Of a stretch of 64,000 bases of DNA, positions 28,658 to 40,700 are shown piece by piece. The notes beneath the pieces are model-generated. The model saw only the letters and a program-made list of their open reading frames with translations. It made no database searches and was not told the DNA's origin. Each line of letters opens with the position of its first letter. The stretch's first letter is position 1. The position numbers were made by a program, and so were the translations under genes. The stretch comes from Catajapyx aquilonaris (taxonomy: Eukaryota): assembly GCA_000934665.2 (NCBI GenBank), contig KZ538140.1, positions 124,001 through 188,000 on the forward strand. Reading direction: 5' to 3'.

Positions 28658-30499
28658 GTAGGCTCCTTATACATTAATAACGAACGTAAAATCCGGATCG
28701 TATCGATTAAAAGTCGCGGACTTGATTTAACTCTTGGCTGTCGTATAGTCCAATTGGACTAAACCCCTCTAGCGCCGTGAGAGACCAGCAGACGAGGTCA
28801 GATAGTATTGCAGAAGGAACGACACGTCACCTCTGGATTAGGTCCGATTAGATTACCGTCCGTAAACAGAGTTTGCGATCTTTCACAATTAAAGCCAATC
28901 AAGGCGGTGTTATAAAGTGGCAAGGACGTCAATCGGCCAGACCAGGAGGTGAGGCGGATTAGGTCGGAGGGAATGGACAGGGGGGCCAAAGCAAGGGGGG
29001 GGGGACGTCCAAGTGAGCGCCGACTAATGGAATTACTCGCCTTCATGTAAAACGGCAGAGAAAAGAGTCTTTTTCAAGCTCACCTCGCCAGGCCACCATT
29101 TTACGGCTCGATTCCAAGTCTTTTTCGGCAGAGTGAAGCAGATTCCAGGATAGCAGTTTTTCCCTCTCCCTTCTTCTTCTTCTTCGTCGTCTTCTTCTTC
29201 TTCTTCTTTTCTTTCTTTGCAGTGCTTTTGCTGCAAAGGGACTGGGCACCTGCCAAGTGGCGCGCCTTGGAAGTACCCGCAATGTACTGTCTTCTTATCC
29301 ATTCGGGGAAACCCACCCTTTTTGTCACTCTTTTAATCCATGGTTCTGTACAGTACCTTCAAAGCACTGCAAATCGCTAACGACATTTCATATTAGGTCG
29401 CAGAATCTGCTGAAGTTCTGGCGCACCCTGTATTGGTTAACGAGTAGTCTTGTAAGTGCACGTTATATGCTTCACTTCATAAAAGTGTATAGGCATGCCA
29501 ATATATAATCGGAGAATTTGCCTTCATTTGTGAGCGATAATTGCACTGTAATTTTAGTTCCCAGTAATTTGCAATGTGCAATTGGACAAATGTGTCTCGT
29601 TACAGGCCGGCCAAATGCAGACGTATTTTTCACGAAGTTTTTGGCAAAAATCCCGGCTTAACATTAGCGTCCCGATATCCCCCCCATAATTACATCTCTG
29701 TGGTAATGACCGGTTGTGCACGACCCTAATTAACATTCTGTTGCGTTCGACACTGTGACGTCACGTTTTTCTGCCCCCCCCCCCCTTCCCCACCCCAATA
29801 ATGACTGCAAGAAAGCAATACTTTCCAGCTTAACGACGTGATCACTCCCCCTTTCTTCCTGGTGCCTTTCCTGTCAACACCATCGGAACACTATTTGCAA
29901 AGCTAAATAGGCGCGACCTGAAATGGCGGGGCATCGCAGTTTGGCGAAGGCCGAGTTTGAAGATGCGCTGGCTCGGAACTTGCCCAACACTCTTCCCCAT
30001 CCCCTCCCTCCCCCCCAAGCTCGTGTTAATTTGACTATCCAGCCAGGCTTGGATAATAGCCATGCCTTCCTGAATGTGCAAAAAGGGGGTGTGGATCATT
30101 GAGCGGGCGTTTGCGAGAACGAGTGCTTTGTATACAACACAAGAGGAGACTAGAGAGAGGGGAGGAATGCCCCCCCCCCCCCTACTCCCTACCCCATGGC
30201 ACCCTCCCCTCTTTCCCTTGACGAGGTTCCTGCCCCACTTAACCTCCAATGGACCGAGAAGGACTTCTTTTTTTTCAATCCACCCCACGTAAATTTAATT
30301 AGGAGCGTCGCCTACCATCCTAAATGAAATCTGTGCTGATATGTAAAGTCGATTGGTGCTGTGGGGTTTTAGTGTCATCGTGAGACTCCGAATTAGAGTT
30401 TGCTGGATGTCGTTATGGAGAATCGGTGTTTTCCATGGGGTGAAAAGGAGTTCGGTTTGACAATACTGCACTGTCTGTTGGACGTAGTATGATATGCGA

Positions 30500-30513
30500 C
30501 TACCAGGTGGCGC
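30500..30513 (+). promoter_or_regulatory. CTCF-like site
   Basis: CTACCAGGTGGCGC resembles the CCACYAGRKGGCRC consensus. Motif match only. Confidence 0.3.
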
Positions 30514-30598
30514 ATCTGCACACTACTGCCCTCTCAGACGGAAAGTAGTACTACATGCACGTTGGTGATGACCAGCCCCCGGACACTTCTCCTACAAG

Positions 30599-30836
30599 CA
30601 TGAGATGCTCAGCTGAGAGCTCCATGAGACATTTCACTGCACTGTTATGTGGCGACCCTACCGGACTACCCTGAACTTTATATGTACAAAAGGGAAGAGC
30701 TACATTGGGGGACCCAACATGGTCGCCGGCATGGAGCGTCTTCTCTTCTACCGTAGTTCAGCGTAGTCCGGTAGGGTCGCCACATAATACATCAGTGAAA
30801 AGCTGTCTCATGGCGCTCTCAAGTGAGCACCTCATG
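30599..30836. repeat. Long imperfect inverted repeat (~80-bp arms, ~77-bp spacer); foldback/MITE-like
   Basis: Arm 30599-30677 (CATGAGATGCTCAG...CCCTGAACT) pairs with 30755-30836 (AGTTCAGCG...GAGCACCTCATG). The core TTATGTGGCGACCCTACCGGACTAC matches perfectly. Confidence 0.8.
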
Positions 30837-32995
30837 TAAAACGCCCCGGCAAGCGATAAGAGGGAGTGACCAGACCTTAGTAGGCCTATTCTAAGACCAT
30901 GGTGATGACCATGCACAACGTTTTTGCTGATCAACAAGTGCATTCGTCACTGTTTTAGAGCCATAAATATGATTTGTAACAGCTCGACTGACCAATGACA
31001 CCTGAATGATTCATGCACTCACAGCTTCTCATTGATTTTTGATGCACACTGTTTTACTAGGTGTTACTTTGTTTTCACTATCATGCGAAAAATAATAACA
31101 TCCCTGGCTCTCTCCGAGTGTCCTATCACCGGAGCGGCCGCGAAAAAGCCCGGAACCATCAACACTGCGGTAGCTATTGGGATTGGAACTCTAGGCGGGG
31201 GTGGGAGTAGGGGGAAAGAGGAGGGGGGGAGGGATTACAACAAAAAAATAGAGAGAGGGGAAGGCGACGGGAAATTTTCGGGGGGGCTCCAAACACGCTC
31301 ATCAATCATGGTGAGGTCCGTGCTGGGCGTCCACGCACCATTGTTACCTCTAAACCACCCTTCCACCAGAACCTACATACACACCACCCACTCCGGAGCT
31401 GTCGTTTACCCCCCTTAAAGGGGATGATGGTGTAACATCCACACCAAATGTGCCTCTTGTACACTCCTTTTTTTTTGGAAAAAAAAAAACATCAATACCA
31501 GACCAGGTTTTTGTTGCGTGTAGTTGTGGGATGAAAAGATGACCGTTTTTTTCCCCCATCCCAAAAAGCCTTTCTTCACTTTTCAGTACGTTCTCTTTTG
31601 AAAAACTTTTTTTTTTTTTGGAGGGCGTTTGAAATTTGCAGAGTGCGCTTGCCTTTTCCTTGTCGCGCGGGGCTTCCAACTGTTCATGACAGAGGCGATT
31701 CATTTTCATTACAGTGAAAGTTCGTGACAAAGGTCAGCTTCGCGGGTGGTGCTTTGTTGTGTTCGGTTGGATATTGCAACTTTCAAGCCCTGGTTCATAT
31801 TAACTTTAAACCTCCCCAAAAAAAACAAGCTGAATTTTTGCATGCGAAGCGCACTTGCACATAGCTCAAAATTGAAAAATTATAATCCACGCACCCACAT
31901 TATGTCTATAGAAGGCCTGTTGTGTCCCTCAAAATTTCCCAATTTCGAGCCAAAATGATGTTCCAACACAATTTCTGGGCCGTCCAATCATCATCTCACA
32001 TGACCCGAACTTGATCCGGAGGTCGCTTGAGGTCCGCCATGTTTGGGACGCTTCTCTGCTGTTTGGACTAGACCCAAAAAAGTTTCGGTGTTGACTCCGA
32101 GGCGGTATGAAAGCAGTCTGCAAACGATGTCCTCCCAAATATCAGTCGGTTGTGTGCGTCTAACCCTACCTTCCGGCACGAACCTCCTCACTAATGGTTC
32201 ATTTAGGGCGCTCGGGGGCCCCTCTGGCGGAGGCTTCTATCAGCCCTGACCATCAAGGGATAAAGCACGACATGGCCACAGCCACGCCCTTGCTCCCCTT
32301 GTTTTTTTAAAAAGAAAAAACCCTCCCAGAAAAAAATCGCATTTAACACCTTTGGGCCAACTCACGCAAATGTGCCACCCTGGCACTTTCTTCTAATCAA
32401 TCACGCTCTAGGTACTTTATAAATAAATGAGGTCCAGCCCCCAAATCCTCTGGAGGGTCTGGAGACATTTTGCTCATTTTTTGATAGATCTTTTCCTACT
32501 TCTTATAATAGACTACATATATGGGGTAGGTATAGTCATTATTAATCGGCGCAACATGTTTTGCCGGCAGGTGGCATAAGGTTAGAGCCTGCAAAAATGA
32601 TGAGGTGGAGGTCCGGAATGCGATTTTCTAACACAAATCGAGTTGCATTTTGCATGACTCTTAGCTCCCGGATTAGAGTGCCTGTAACCTTTGCCTAGAC
32701 GGGTTTCTCCCCCGTTGCCATTAGTGGAATTGCGCCTCGCAAGCTCTAGTTTTTTTTTTTCTTCTCCTTCCTCCTTCCACGGAAACGTGCTTCGGCGTGA
32801 TTTGCAAAGCAAAACCGTTTTCCCCATCTAACACGCAGCGTCTCCCCACACCTTTCCCACCCGAGTTGCTGCACAACTGACCGCAAGTGCTTGTGCATTG
32901 CAGCTTGCATCCATTCTGGGGCCAGCCTCCCATTCCAAACAACAATGTAACAAAGTGTGCATAAACTACATGCCCATTATTACAATGGACCTATA

Positions 32996-33202
32996 CAGGG
33001 TGGTCCAAGTTCAAGTGTCGTTTTATAACGGCGATTAATAGAAGCGCTTAACGATGATGTAGCAGCGACGTGTAAAATTGCCCACTTCGATTGCGCCGAA
33101 GATGCGCCGAAGTTGGACATTTTACGCGTCGCTGCTACGTCATCGCAAAATCACTGCTATTAATCGCCGTTATAAAACGACACTTGAACTTGGACCACCC
33201 TG
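32996..33202. mobile_element. Tc1/mariner-type MITE, 207 bp, near-complete hairpin
   Basis: 46-bp perfect terminal inverted repeats (CAGGGTGGTCCAAGTTCAAGTGTCGTTTTATAACGGCGATTAATAG), extending imperfectly to about 95 bp. TA on both sides (32994-32995, 33203-33204). No coding capacity. Confidence 0.9.
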
Positions 33203-36200
33203 TATAGGCAAGATAAGTGACGAAGAACTGAACATGTCACATATTTAAATAAGAAATAATTAAAACGCATAGAAACAAATAACTGCTATTTTAAAGAGAA
33301 AACTTTAGTTAACCCGCTATCTGTCGTTGCGCGTGCGTCGTAGCGCCGGACCCTTAATGTGACGTCACACGGCGCGAGATTTTAAGCTTTTTTACTTTTT
33401 TGATAATAGTCTTGGCTCCTAAAGCTTGGAAAGTCATCAAAGCGGCAAATCCCCAGTCTTTGAGCCCGGTTCAGACATGGCAGAGAGACACTATTATCAT
33501 AAAGGTCGGCTAGGAAGGATTCATCAGCAGGTCTAGAGATGGTCGGAGGCTTGAAGTAGCGGATAGATCAGTAAGCTGACTCTCTAGCACACCTATTTTT
33601 TCTTACTCTATTTCCTTTCCTTGCCTGTCTCTGCTGGGACCTTCGCCTTTAATCCACGTCAGGAGACCAATAATGCCATTTGGACCAAATAGGAAGTTTC
33701 CCTCCTAATCTTCGGGAAATAAAACCTCTCTCGTACTGTGTTTGGCGGCTGGAAGAGAGGAGGAAGGGGGAGGAAGGGAAGGCGGAAGGGGGAGGGGGGA
33801 AGATTTTGCCAACACGCTTTGCTGGCTTGGAGAACATCCAGTCCTGAGCGATTGCAATTTTTCTGGGAAAAGAGAATTCCTTCTAATGCAATTGCTGTTT
33901 TCGGAGCTATTTTAGTCCCGGAGATAGATTTAGCCTGGGAGCCGTTCAGCTCAAATCGACCTGTGAACGTCCATGGCACAGGTCAGTTCTAACATTAGAT
34001 TGAATGCTACAAACCAGGTCACTCGTAATTCTGCAATGTCTGCAGTGTGTTATACTGCTGAACAATCTGAAAAAGTATTGTTGCCATATCGAGAATGAAC
34101 CGTTTGGGATTGATATTATTTTATGCAAATAAGTTTGGATTCTAATGTTAGCTCATTTTGAATATTCTTCCCGCTGGAAAATTTTTACTAATTGTTTCGA
34201 ACGTCATATTGCACAACTGTCAGCAAACTGCAAAAATGCGCCGCAATTATTCCGTACTCGGCCACACCGCATTGCAGTACACCTGTACCGTAAGATTTGA
34301 TGAGCCTTTCATTTGTTCAGTGGCAATATATGGGCATGCTGTTAGCTAACAAAGCGTAGGCAGTGGCGCGCAAAAAAACTCACATATTAAAAATGTACAT
34401 AATTACTTGCCAGCAGCGTCTGTTGATTACTCGCGTCATTTTTTTTGCGACGCTTCTCACCTAATCACGCAGCTCTGGCCTACAAAAAAAAAAGTTGGAA
34501 GTCAGCAATTGCCATCGGACTCTCCTCATTCATTACGAGCCCCTGTTGTCAAGGAGGAGAGGTCAATTAATTAGGAGCACGCCGTGGAGTCGGAATTTCA
34601 CTATTTTTTTATACAGCCCCGACTGATTCCAACAATAGTCCCCTAGAAATATTGAAACTTGGCAACAACAGGCTTGAACAACAGGGAGCCGTCTGCCTCC
34701 GGTAACAAATTATTCCGGGACAAACCTGGCCATATCTGGGGGCCGGCTCCCCCGGATAATTAAATTTCTGACCTTATCTCCTGGCGTGACTAGGACCTGT
34801 CGCGATTCGATATATTGGCGATGTATTTCACTCTCGGGCTGGGAGGGCGCCTCCAGCTAGAATTATGGGGGGCCAGGAAGAAACGCGGGGGAGTCCAGCT
34901 CCAATCACGTCCGAGGGAGAGGGTGAGATAGAGTATAGGTGTACAGGGTGATGCAGAAAAAAAAAGAAGTTTAGAAGCTCATGGTAAAGTGTACTCCAAC
35001 ATGATCGATATTTTTGTTGGAAAAATTTGACTAGTACACTTAGCAAGTAACCTCTAGTTTTTAAAAGTGAACCTTTAATAGAGGTTACCTGACTTACAGT
35101 GTACCTTTTGGACACTTTTCATGGAATCTTCCATTGCGTGACGACCATGATAATTGAGGAGTCACAGTCTGCTCACTTATTGATCACCTGTCTCTCTCTC
35201 CCGCTGTGTCCTACCCAAATTACTTCACATGCATTACCCTAAACCGTATTTTCACTAATCAGGTTGAACGTCCTCTCAAGTGAGGTGGGCTTTTTTTGGC
35301 TTTGTTTTCAATGGGAGCAACTAAGTGTTCGTTTCCTGAAGCTCTATGCAGTAGAATCCTTTCCAAGGGTTGCCCTCCTATACGTTTTTTTTTTCTCAGC
35401 TCCGGAATTGGAATGAAATATCGGAAATCGTTGTTCGATTCGTATCCAACTTGTTAAGTGTGTTCTCGAAGGACTTTGGCCGTCTCTTGTTCGGTTGGAC
35501 ATCTCTTTTACGGTGTCGATATTCCTCTTGGAATTTTGCACGTGGAGAATTTGCGTCAGTCTAAAGGGGTTGCTGCATCGTATATTTTTTCTAGTGTAGT
35601 AGCTGGCTCTATTTTGTTCCATAATGGAGGAAAATATTCAGCACTTTCGCAGCAGGAATGCACTGAAAATGTGAATATACAGCGCACACCTTCTTCCTCT
35701 AGGTACCTGATCATACATTTTCTGTGAACCAGGCACTGCTCTGAAATTGAACATATGTTTACACAACCTGCACCAACCACTACGCATGATGAGGGTTAAG
35801 ATGCACAACTGCATGGTCCGCATTTTCCCTTCTCCTTTTCCAGATCCATCCTTGGGCCATAACTTTTGATCAGTGTCTGTGCCGAATTAAGTCCGGTCAT
35901 TGGGGGCGAAAAAGAAGCCCCTCCACTAGCTCTATTGTAGTGTATATATATACACTAGGCGCCTTCCTCTCAGGTTTCCAAGCCTTTTTCAGAGGGGGCC
36001 TAGGACTCATAATTTCACCTCGCATCCTCTATCCGGGTTCTAGCGTGTGACTGGAATCTCATAGGCGGGCCTGCGAGCTTCGCGAAAACGAGCTAGTCTC
36101 GCGGGAGTATACAGTATGGGTTGTCCTCATATTGCATCCAGCTGTCGTATATTTCCAGAGAAGCCTTTTGTTGGGAAAGGAAGGGGTCATCCTGATCTGT

Positions 36201-37498
36201 TGCAACACGTATTGCAACTGAGGGCAAGTGGTGGCCTACTTTTCAGGCGTATGGAAGTGTAATGCTGGAGGATATATGAAAAGGGGAGTATGTAAGGCTT
36301 GAATCGTGTATTCAGATATTTACACTGTGGTCACAATGAGGAATAATGGGTGGCCATATTGCTGGGACTACTTCCTGCAGTCGGAAGGAGTGTCGTGCAT
36401 TTTTTTTTTCTTTCATTTTTTTGGCGTTTTTGAAAAATAAAACAAGAGCTGGTAAAAGACCCTCGAGGTATCCGTGCATGCAGGGAACAAAACTCAGTCT
36501 GGCGTTTTCAGCCTGGTTTTAACGCTGAGAATAGGGGGCCACTTCTCTCTCACATTTGAATAGGCACACACTAAGGGCTCTCTTGTCCTTTTTTTCGTGT
36601 TGTGCCGCACAGTTTGCCTTTGTTAAAACTCGTCTGGCTCTACCCCCCTCTCCCCCTCATCACCACTATCAGCTCTAGGCCCTTAGCGCTGCCGAAAATT
36701 TTTGCATCTGCAAGAGTTCTGCTCCGAGTGCTTAATGGTGCTTTTGTCTACCATATCGATTCTTTTCCAGCAGTTTTTGGGGGGTAAAGAAACAGACTGC
36801 ATATGCGCCATCTGTATCAATTTATTAGTGACGTGACTTGACGATAGGTGGCTGCGTGACGTGCTGCCATCTGTGACTCAAGCCTAATAAGGCGAGAGTG
36901 TATGGAAAAACCTGTATACAGTTTTGGGCCCGCGTAGTGGGGGTCGCATCTCGTGAGTCAGCTCATCATTTGTCACCCGATGAAAACAAAAGGCATGGAG
37001 AGGCCATTTTAGCCTCTCTCGTCACGTTCGGTTCGGTAGACGCCCCTTCCATTTCTCTCCTGAAACAAAAAAAGAAGAAGAGAGTCATCCATACTGCAAC
37101 TAGTCATAAATCGCCATCCAATAAAAATCTAAGAATGTGTCAGTTTGCATCTTAGGAAATGGAGATTAAGCGAGTCCCGGTTGGGAAAGACTTGCTTGGT
37201 GAGTACATTTTCCGGCGTATCTCACGATCCGGAGCGGGGATTAGGGGGGAGAGAGAGAGAGAGAGAGCGGTATGCATGAATCCATGACCCGGGCCTTTAA
37301 CCGCGAATCCCCCCGACCAGAGTGGCCGCCATATCCACCCCCTGAGGGCTATTGAGGGCCAGCATTTATTGCAACTGCAACTGGCAATGCCATCCCGACC
37401 TACTCTCTCCCTGGGAAATAATTACGCAAGTTGACCACTACCCCCCAAAAAAAGGACTGTCCAGCTCTGGAATTGTAGACAATCCCTGCTGCAATAGC

Positions 37499-37499
<1 letters not shown>

Positions 37500-37576
<77 letters not shown>
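37500..37576. repeat. (AAT)~25 microsatellite
   Basis: Perfect trinucleotide run, read directly. Confidence 0.95.
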
Positions 37577-37747
37577 GCATTATTGTAACGTACTTCTTAT
37601 CTGTCCGAATGAGTTAACAGTTAGGGTCATCTCTCACTTTCCTTCACTCCTCTTCTCTGCCAGTAATAAAAGGATCAATACAAACTTTCACTGGACTGAA
37701 ATAAAAATCTTCCGGCTTGATTACGACATTGTATGTCTGGATCAACC

Positions 37748-37758
37748 NNNNNNNNNNN
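37748..37758. other. Assembly gap (11 N)
   Basis: Run of N. Confidence 0.95.
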
Positions 37759-40700
37759 CCACTCACCTCCCCCGGAAACGTTATTAGTCTCCTTTTTCTC
37801 TGTAACAAGGATGGAAATGGCGTCGGATTGTTTTCCTTTTCCCTCTTTTATGATTAACGATTCTCTCGGCTTCAAAGCCAGGCTCAAATTGCGATGCTTC
37901 ACGGAACTGAAGGTGATAGTACTTTTTTGTCTATAAAAGGGTGACCAAGTAGTGCTTCCCTTTAACGGGGAGGCTAGAGGGCAGGCCTGAAGCACCGTGG
38001 TCACCGCATATCGCAGGTCCTTTTCTCTTTGAACTCTAGCTGCAATGCCCCGTGGCATAATGAAGACAGCCCGCGGTGAGTGTGAAGTGTATTTACCGCA
38101 AACACGGATAATTACACGCAATTAGTGCCCGCGCATGAGGGAGAAAACATGCGGGGGTTGATGGAGGCTTATAAAAGCGACAGGTGGTCCAGTTGCAATT
38201 CCGTGTCTCTCAGGTAATTATATCTGCGTTTCGTAACCTGGCAATTTTTTGTCAAAGAGATCGGAATGTTGTGTCTTTAGCATTAAAAAGTGAAGCAATA
38301 TGTTGATTTTTGAATCTCTGTATTTTTTAAATATATATGTATGGCAATTAATTATACATAATTGAACGAGATGAACAGTGTCATAATATCCTGGTTCTCC
38401 CAATTCCGGTACTAGTACTTATTGTACCTGATGGGGCGGTGTGAGTTCGGGGGCGGTGGGGAGGGGCTGCACACACTAGGGCGCAGGCGCAACCCATCCC
38501 TGAGATCGGAGAACCTTTTCCCCCCTGGAGTTCAGTCTAGCTCCACTGTTAGCCTGGGGTTGGGCTCTCTGGTCTCTTGTCCTCCCTTGTGTTTGTGTTT
38601 CACCTATTGTGTGTGATCGTCTGTGTATTTTTCCTTACCTGTCTTTTTTAAAATAAGAGACGGAGAGCGCGATGTGTCATACCCCACAACATTTTTTTTG
38701 ATTTTCGGGTACCGGTAGAGTGATTTTTTTCCCCTTTTTTTATCCGGAGGGGGTGATGGGTTCTGGGGGAGGATTCGTCGCCCGAGAAGAATGGATGGAT
38801 GGATGGCTCCCACAAGAAAAGTCGATGAAGGAAGAAAAGCCCCCCCCCCCCCCCCCCNCCCCCCACCAGAGTTGGGGTCTGGTTGGGGCGGGAATATGGG
38901 ACAGTCAGTCAGTCCTCGGTCGATTTCGCCTCTTCTGCGTCTTGCTTCCTTTTTTTCGCTTTTTCTTCTTTTTTTCTTTTTATTATTTCGAAAGGGGGCG
39001 GTTGGTTGGGGGGTGATTCCGGAGAGAAGGTTGGGGACCAGTGATGATGAGGTTGGATGAAGAGAGGATTGATTCGCAATGCGGGGTACTGATGAAGGAT
39101 CCTGGCATGTAAGTAATCCGCTTTCTGAGTGCGTTTTGAAAATTATGTGCGAATTGTACGGGGGCGGAAATCAGGTGCAAATGTTGCGGACAATATTGGC
39201 GCAATTATTGAGCGGCATAATTGTGGCCGTAATGGCCCTAAAATCTATATCTGGTATTTAAAGCATGCTTGGTGACCACTGTGCACAAGTGGTGAGGTAC
39301 ACACATTCAAATCGTTTGTGAAATTTAAAATCAAGTGGTGTTTAGGAATAGTTGCGCTTCAATTTCAATTAAATAGTAACCACCAAGTGCCATTATTTTA
39401 TTGCAATTATCACCAGCATATGCGGTACGGATACAGATCAGAATATGGACAGTATTCTGTGTAGTATTTGAGAATTTTATATATTAAAAATATACAGTAT
39501 TATATACAAATCAAATAAAAATATTTATGCATAAATTATGCATAAAATTAAGCATGTGAATCGCCATTTAGTGAGGAAAATGTTTACAAGGTGATACTGT
39601 ATTTAAATAAAGTTAGAAAATGGCCCTCTGCTTCTCATTACATGAAAGCATATTCCATCAAAATCAAAGTTGCGAACTACGCTATAATTAACTTACAATT
39701 AAGCCTATTTTAACCTGCCCGGAGCCAGAATATCACTCGGTCAACTCGCTTAAATTCGCCTTATATAGCTCGACTGCGGCTGAAACTATTTAATTTATTA
39801 AATCGTCCTCCTACATTATTCACACATCACTTAGCAAACTTCGGAGCCACGCTTTAAAAAAAAATTTGCAACAAAAACTCGCACATCACGCTCTCACTTC
39901 TCGCCTTGCAGATGTCCTTCCCACTTTACTCTCTTGTTTGTCCGATCGATTCTTATTTTATAAAGGTGCTCGTTTGTCACGAGCTGATCAATAGTGTTGA
40001 CGAGCACGATGCGAGATGGTGTGTGGGTGGGGTTGAAGAAAGTGGAGGAGAAGAAAGAGCCAAAGTTGCGCTTTGATCACATTGAGAAGGGGAAAACGGG
40101 ATCAGCTGGACCGTTGCAACTGGCGATAGGACCCCCTTAAATTTTGGCGGATGTGGGTTCCGCAAGGTCACACCTCGCCAAGAACAAGTCTCGCAGAAAT
40201 TGCATTCTCACCTAGCTGGCAACGCCTCTTTGCCGAAAAAGAAAAGAAGCGGAAGGAAAGAAAGGAGGAGAAAAACCATCCATTTTCCGCCTCCAAGTCT
40301 TAAGACCGCAGTTCGATTCTTTCTCTAGCCCGGGTTTTTTTTTTCTCCGGAGAATAAAAGGCACGCCCCGTATATTATGGATGCAGGCCCGGTGCCATCC
40401 AATTAATTCTTTGATATTTCAACGTCGGTCCAATCCGCACTAGGATTACCTTGAAATTGCGGCTGGGAATCGTCTTTTGATATAGCATACTGTACGAACC
40501 ACTACAGTGTCTGTCTGTAGCCATTTTGCATATAGGTTCTGTGCATGTGCACAAAAGCTGGTTAACCTGTTCAACCGGTCGTTTAAGTAAATCACTCACT
40601 TTAAAGGATAATCCTGATTATTCACGCTGAGTGATATCCAACCAGGCACATTGAACACAGGCCATCCAACCCAAAAGGACACGACTTTTTCGCACTGCAA

